DNA of 64,000 bases from Cyanophora paradoxa CCMP329 (taxonomy: Eukaryota > Plantae > Glaucophyta), in assembly GCA_004431415.1 (NCBI GenBank), contig QPMI01000023.1:124001-188000 (forward strand). The letters run 5' to 3'. Each line of letters starts with the position of its first letter. The first letter of the stretch is position 1. Positions 59,949 to 64,000 of the stretch are shown piece after piece. The position numbers and the translations under genes were made by a program. The notes under the pieces were generated by a model. The model was given only the letters and a program-made list of their open reading frames with translations. It did not search any database and was not told where the DNA came from.

Positions 59949-62277
59949 GCCCCGCGCCGACCCCGCCGCGCCAGACCTCTTCTACACGTACTGCTACTAC
60001 CCCACGCAGCTCCACCGCTCCCCGAGTGCGGCCCCTTCCTTCTTCTCCGCCCGCCCGCCCCCTCCCCCTCCCCGCCCTCTCGCTCAGGTCTGCTCAGGTG
60101 AGGCGTCAAGCTTCTGCGGCTCCAAAGCCCTGTGGACGCCCGTCATCGCCAGCTACCCCTTCCTCGTCCGGTGCGCCCGCCTCTAAGCAGCTCCCGAGGA
60201 TAAAAGCTCACGCTCGCGATCGATCGCCCCTTCGTTCGCAGGATGCTGCAGTGCCTGCGGCGTGCGTGGGACCTGCGTGACGTCAACCCAAAGGAATCCA
60301 CCACGCAGATCTGGAACGCCGTCAAGTGCGGCCGTACCCCTCCCCACCACGAACGCGCCGCCCAGCCTCACCTGAGCCTCACCTGACCTAGGTACCTGAC
60401 CTCGATCCTGTGCGTCGTGATCTACGCCATCTACGGCCACGTCCACATCCACGGCGAACTCGGTGCCCCCCTATCTGATCTGATCTAATCTAGATTTGAT
60501 CTGATCTGATCTCGCCCCGCCCCGCCTGATCGGCCCCGCCCCTGATCGCCCCCGCCGGCAGCGCACAGCCTCGTGCTGGCGCTCTTTGTCGTCGTCTCGA
60601 TTTGGAGGTGCTTAAAGCTTGGTCGCTCCTTTGATTTGGGCACCGAAGGCGCCCGGCCGGCGGCCTTCTTTCGAGGCTCGGGTGTAGCCGAGCCGAACCC
60701 AACCGCGTCGTTTTCGCCGCAGCACGATCATGAAGATCTACTGGGACATCCAGCTGGACTGGTGCTCGAATCCCGCCCGGTCCTCTTTGTTCTGCTTTCC
60801 CTTCCTCGCTGACGCCGGCCCCGCGCGTCGCGCCTCCCAGGGGCATGCTCCAGCTCCGCCCGGAGACCACGGCCTCGGGCAAGGTCAGGGAGGGGGGCCC
60901 GGAGGGGTACAGCGTCGCCGGCTGGCACTCGGCCCTCCGCCGTCTCGAGCTCCGCCCCGCCCGCATCTTCGACCAGGCCTGGGTGAGCGGGGCCGAACCC
61001 CTCTCCCGCCGCCCCCCCCCCCCCCCCCCCGTTCCTCCCCCCCTCAAACCCACCCCCTACCCCCCCGGCCAGGTCTACTACGCGGCGATCGCGTTCAACG
61101 TGTTCGTGCGGCTCACGTGGGTCTTCCAGACCAACCCCGCCCTCTTCGTGCGCGCGGCGCCGCGCGCGATAGATTCGAGGACGCGGCCGCCCACGGCCGC
61201 TCACGGCCGCTCACGCGCCCGCGCAGAGCGCGGACATGGAGGGCGAGGCCTTCAAGATCCTCCTCGCCGTCCTCGAGACCGGCCGCAGGCGCGCCTGCGC
61301 CCCCGCCCCCTTTCGTCTTCTCCTCCTTCTCCTCACTCTCTTCTCCGGGCAGGGCGGTGTGGAACCTCTTCCGGATCGAGTACGAGCAGCTGCGCAACTG
61401 CGCGAGCTTTCGCGCCTTCGACGTGCAGGCCCGCCCCGCCCCGCCCCGCCCCTAAGGCCTAGGCTAGGCTAGGCCAGGCCAGGAAGGAAGGCTGAGGCTG
61501 AGGCTGGGGGCAGGTGCCCCTGCTGTTCGTGCCGGAGGAGGAGGACGAGGAGGAGGCCGCCGCCCACTCCGAGGCGCGCCGCCCTTCCCCTCGCTTCTTT
61601 CCCGTTTCTTACGGACGCGGGCGCAGAGGCTCCGCCGGACGGCCCCGGCCCGCCCCAAGCCCGACGTCGGTGCGCGCGCCGGCGCCCGCGCCGCGCCGTG
61701 CCCCCTCCTGCTACGTTCGCTCGCACTTGACGCTCGCGGCGGCCGCAGAGATGGTGCTGGGCGGCTCCGGAGACACCTCGGCGGCGGCGGCGGACGCGGG
61801 GCCGGCCCCGGGGGGAAGCCCGAAGGCCCATCGACGCGGTGCGGCCCGCCCCCGCCCCACTCTACGCACCCCAGGCGAGCCCCGCGCCCGCCCGCCCCCG
61901 CAGCAGCCGCCAAGTCGCAGTCGTTCCGGGAGCCCGTGCGCCCGCCCCCACCCCCCCCCCCCCCCCCCCCCCGCCCTCCCTTCAAGCCGCTCCGCCCCGC
62001 TGCGCTACGCTGAGCTCTGTCGCGCTTCCGTCGCTCGCAGCCGCAGGTGCACGTCGGGGCGCCGCGGGCCGCGCAGGAGGAGGGCGCGGCGGCGGCGGCG
62101 GCGATCGGGCGCCCCGTGGTCGAGGACCCGCTGGCGCTGGAGGCGGCCACGGAGGCGGCGCGGGCCCACGAGCGGCGCCACAGGGCGCAGCAGCAGCAGG
62201 CGCACCTCCAAGAGGGGCGCGAGGGGGGCGCCGCCGTCGACCGCGCCGCCCCCGCCTCGCTCGCGGCCGCGGAGTGA
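55972..62277 (+). CDS. SPX-EXS phosphate exporter (XPR1/PHO1/SYG1 family), apparently full length
   Basis: SPX MKFGKRL..W..YIDYK.LK..IK and K..KKYDK. EXS: INYRFILD, RFRDEWLGDQMTS, RMLQCLRR, NAVK-YLTS, KIYWDIQLDW-G, YYAAIAFNVFVRLTW, LETGR-RAVWNLFRIEYEQLRNCASFRA. The last exon ends at 62277. Confidence 0.92.
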
Positions 62278-62421
62278 TCGATATCGATCGAATTCGAGCC
62301 CCAGGGAGGACCGCATGCGCAGTCGCTGGCGCCCGCTAGCGCTCCGTGTTATGTTCGCAGCAAGACGCACAGTTTCGAACTGCAGCTTTTCGTGAATAGA
62401 ATATATATCTACATGCAGCTA

Positions 62422-63974
62422 TCATTCGAGTTCGAACTGGAGAGAGTTGGAGAGCCGAACGGGCCCCGCGAGCTTCGAATTCGAAGGGGCGGCGGCGGGG
62501 GCTTCGGGGGGCCTCTCGGGCGCTGGGGCCGGGACGGCGGGCGCCGCGAGGGGCGAGTCCGAAGGCCGCCGCGCCTCCTCCGGGGGCGCCAGGTCGAGGC
62601 TCACCGTCAGCCTGCGCGCGGTACCCCCGGAGCGCGAGTGAGTGCTTTCGAATCCGCGCGGGGCCGCTTCTCGCGGACCTGTGCGCCGCCTTGTCCCAGC
62701 TCGCGTCCCCCGAGTCCTCGTCCACCTTCTCGGGCAGGATAACCTGCCGGCGGGATTCGAACCCGGGCCTGGACGGCGAGAGGCTCGCACGGCACCGGCT
62801 CACCAGGAGGCTGTACCGGTCGGGAACGGAGAGGGAAACGCTGTACCCCGTGATATCCAGCTCGATGTCCGCGGCCGAGTCCTGGGGGAAGAAGTCAGGG
62901 AGGGGTACGAGGCGGGCGGGGCGGGGGCGGGGGGCGGGGGTACGCGCCACGAGGGGAAGGTCGATGGCGACACGCACGCGGCGCTCTCCCTCCGGGCGCT
63001 CGAGCTCGTAGTGGGGGGTACGCGTCGTCTTCTTCTTCTCGGCGGGGGGGAACGCGAAGTGGGACTTGCGCCCCGGCAGCTCCGGGGCGGAACTGGGGGG
63101 AGGGGCGGAGGGGGGAGCCGAGGAGGGGGAAGGGGCGGGTTGGGAGAACGAAGCAGAGGGGTGCGACCGCGCGGCGGCCGCCGCGGCGGCGAAAGCCGCC
63201 GCCGCCGCCGCGTCGCCGCCGGATTTCGATGTACCCTGGCCGCCCGAGTCCTGCTCGTCGATCTCCTCCACCAGCGCCTTCTTCTCCGCACGGATGTAGT
63301 GCGGCGGCGGCTTCTCCGGGCCCTTGTAGCTGAGGTTGGGCAGCTTGTACCCTGCGCGGCCGCGCGGCGCTCAGGCGGGGCGCGTTCCGAAGGCGCGCGA
63401 GGCGGCGGCGGCGCCGCGCGCGCACTCCGGTCGAGCTGCTCGCTGTGCTTCTGCTGGATGCGCTCGATGACGAGGTCGGCAAGGAAGGCGCGCAGGTTCT
63501 TGTCGCCCTTCATCGCGTCCTGCACCGGCTTGCTGTTGAAGACCGCGTCGTACGCGATGCACTCGCGTCCCGCTGCAGTGCGCGCGGCGCGTCAGCGAGC
63601 GCGAGCGCGCGGCGGCGGGCGGCGGCTCGCCCTTGTCCTTCTCGGGCCGCGGGGCGCCGAGGCTGAGCGGGATGCGCCACTGCACCGACTCCTCGTCGAT
63701 CGAGGGGCACTTGGAGGGATCCGCTGGTGCCGGGATCTTCGGGCTGTGCAGAATGTTGGCGAAGACTTTCGTCCCGTCCTCCCGCTTCGTCTGGGGGCGG
63801 ACGCCGGCGGATCAAATCGCGGCGCCCCAAGGCTCGCCAGGGAAGGCGTGCGGCCAGCCTCACCTTGATGCAGAAGCCCACCTGAGGCTCTACGATCTCC
63901 ATGTTGGGCGGAACGGGCGGCGGCTCGACAGGCGCGGCGCTCCCATCTTCGCCAGCAGCGCCCGCGGCCGCCAT
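62422..63974 (-). CDS. PIH1-domain co-chaperone with C-terminal CS domain (PIH1D1/PIH1D2/Kintoun family)
   Basis: IVEPQVGFCIK-TKREDGTKVFANI; WRIPLSLGAPRPEKDKG; YDAVFN; FLADLVIERIQQKH; YKLPNLSYKG. CS-like VAIDLPLV-DSAADIELDI..VDEDSGDASWDK..LTVSL. Ends LSNSLQFELE. Confidence 0.88.
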
Positions 63975-64000
63975 GGATGCCAGGAGCTGTGCGGCAACCT

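Noticed and set aside
1-64000. Hundreds of long Arg/Pro/Gly/Ala-rich ORFs in the six-frame track
   Set aside because: Expected shadow ORFs in very GC-rich DNA. The real genes are intron-split and account for the coding signal.
1-64000. tRNA, rRNA or snRNA genes
   Set aside because: None recognisable by eye. A covariance-model scan was not possible.

Overview
GC-rich, intron-dense eukaryotic genomic DNA from a unicellular alga or protist. It has short introns (about 50-150 nt), micro-exons, many GC-AG introns and homopolymer runs. The style is reminiscent of the glaucophyte Cyanophora, but that is unverified. Most ORFs in the six-frame track are shadow ORFs, so genes were rebuilt by splicing exons by eye and boundaries are approximate. 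Gene order: [CUB-CUB surface protein copy A (-, runs off the left edge), F-box/LRR-like copy A (-), SPX-EXS copy A (+, 3'-truncated)] / junction at 8688-8689 / TBCK (-, 3'-truncated), cyclase-STAND-TPR gene 1 (+), small EF-hand-like gene (+), ZNFX1-like helicase/RZ-finger gene (-), a 2.4-kb 5'-truncated non-LTR retroelement with poly(A) and a 9-bp TSD, cyclase-STAND-TPR gene 2 (+), [CUB-CUB-REJ-GPS protein with GPI-like tail copy B (-), F-box copy B (-), full-length XPR1/PHO1-like SPX-EXS (+)], PIH1-domain gene (-). Highlights: ZNFX1 lies between two NLR-like cyclase-STAND-TPR genes (possible innate-immune locus). A polycystin/adhesion-GPCR-like ectodomain ends in a GPI-like tail instead of a channel or 7TM region. 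A segmental duplication ends at a breakpoint that truncates two convergent genes at the same point. The retroelement sits in the ZNFX1/cyclase-2 divergent promoter region.
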